A stretch of 63,552 bases of DNA, counting the filler, from Octopus bimaculoides (taxonomy: Eukaryota): NCBI RefSeq assembly GCF_001194135.2. It is 7 parts of 7 records of this genome, joined end to end, with 100 filler letters (N's around TTAATTAATTAA, not from the genome) between each part and the next. Parts side by side here need not be neighbours in the genome. Positions count along the whole stretch, not along the records: positions 62,286 to 63,552 come from NW_026369979.1; 6 more parts are not named here. The stretch is one strand, 5' to 3'. The translations under genes were made by a program, and so were the position numbers. Shown one piece after another: positions 62,781 to 63,552 of this stretch. A model generated the notes under the pieces. The model had not been told where the DNA came from and ran no database searches. It saw nothing but the letters and a program-made list of their open reading frames with translations. Positions within the stretch are counted from its first letter, which is position 1. Every line of letters starts with the position of its first letter.

Positions 62781-63552
62781 GATAAAGCCATCGACGACGA
62801 CGACGAGTTATTTAATTTGCTTTAGGGATTGAAACGGTCAATAAATAAAAAAATTTTACCTGGATCGGATCTTTGAAATACGGGTACAAATCATCTAAAA
62901 GGCTCCTTGTATGTATGTATGCATGTATGTATGTATATATATGAAAAATGTATATTTATGAAAAATTATGGGATACCTCTCAAACAGAAACAGAGGAAGA
63001 CAGAATAGAGAGACAGAGAGATACATAGAGAAACAGAGAGAGACAGAGAAAGACAGAGAGATACATAGAGAAACAGAGAAAGACAGAAAGACACAGAGAG
63101 ATGCATTACAGTAGTAAGAGTCTTTTCTTATTCATAGAAAACAAATGAATAACTAATAAATTTAAGGTTTATATCTCAAATAAATTAACTCGACAACCTT
63201 CACTTACGAAAAGTGTATCGATACAGTCTAATAATAATGCAAGGGAACTAACTCTTCAGAAATTTTAGGAGTGGTCTCCCTTGAAAGAATAATTAATCTT
63301 TATGTAAAGTTTTGTAGATACGATTGAACTTTCTAATGGGGCAATTTAGAGAGCAGAGAAGAAATTTATTTTTAACCGATATACTTAATGGTATCCTATT
63401 TTATATTCGTCGTTTCTTTTAGTGACAGAATAGAAACACTGTTGGAGTATTTTATTGAATGTGATCGTTTCCAATCAGTTTGTTCGGCTCTTAATCAGGG
63501 TTCCATATGTGCTTGTGTGTCTTTATGTATATATATATATATATATATATAT

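Overview
AT-rich, microsatellite-dense eukaryotic draft-assembly DNA with many N gaps. The SINE/LINE content looks like octopus/cephalopod (inference; I cannot confirm the species). The best-supported gene is a minus-strand FBXO47 ortholog (meiotic F-box protein): 8 coding exons reconstructed by hand from 17621 down to 3222, giving 1059 nt or 353 aa in one open frame. About 90-100 C-terminal residues are missing from the readable sequence. A second, fragmentary plus-strand gene has a coiled-coil exon at 35639-35908 with a CCDC92/CCDC74-like FLxxxHxxTLxxLH motif. The rest is mobile DNA: at least four SINE-like families, RTE, Tx1-like, R4/Dong-like and Penelope-like retroelement remnants, two mariner subfamilies, MITEs and a Helitron 3' end. 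Most notable are a degenerate type-I hammerhead ribozyme in a Penelope remnant, a dispersed family of hammerhead-like minimal motifs, a 5'-inverted (twin-priming-type) RTE insertion with an exact 15-bp TSD, (TAA)n-associated R4/Dong-like ends, and a SINE with a built-in central microsatellite. There is no CRISPR array, rRNA or genuine tRNA gene. I found no evidence of a wholly new multi-gene system. Six N44-TTAATTAATTAA-N44 joins are artificial linkers, so order and orientation across them are unproven.
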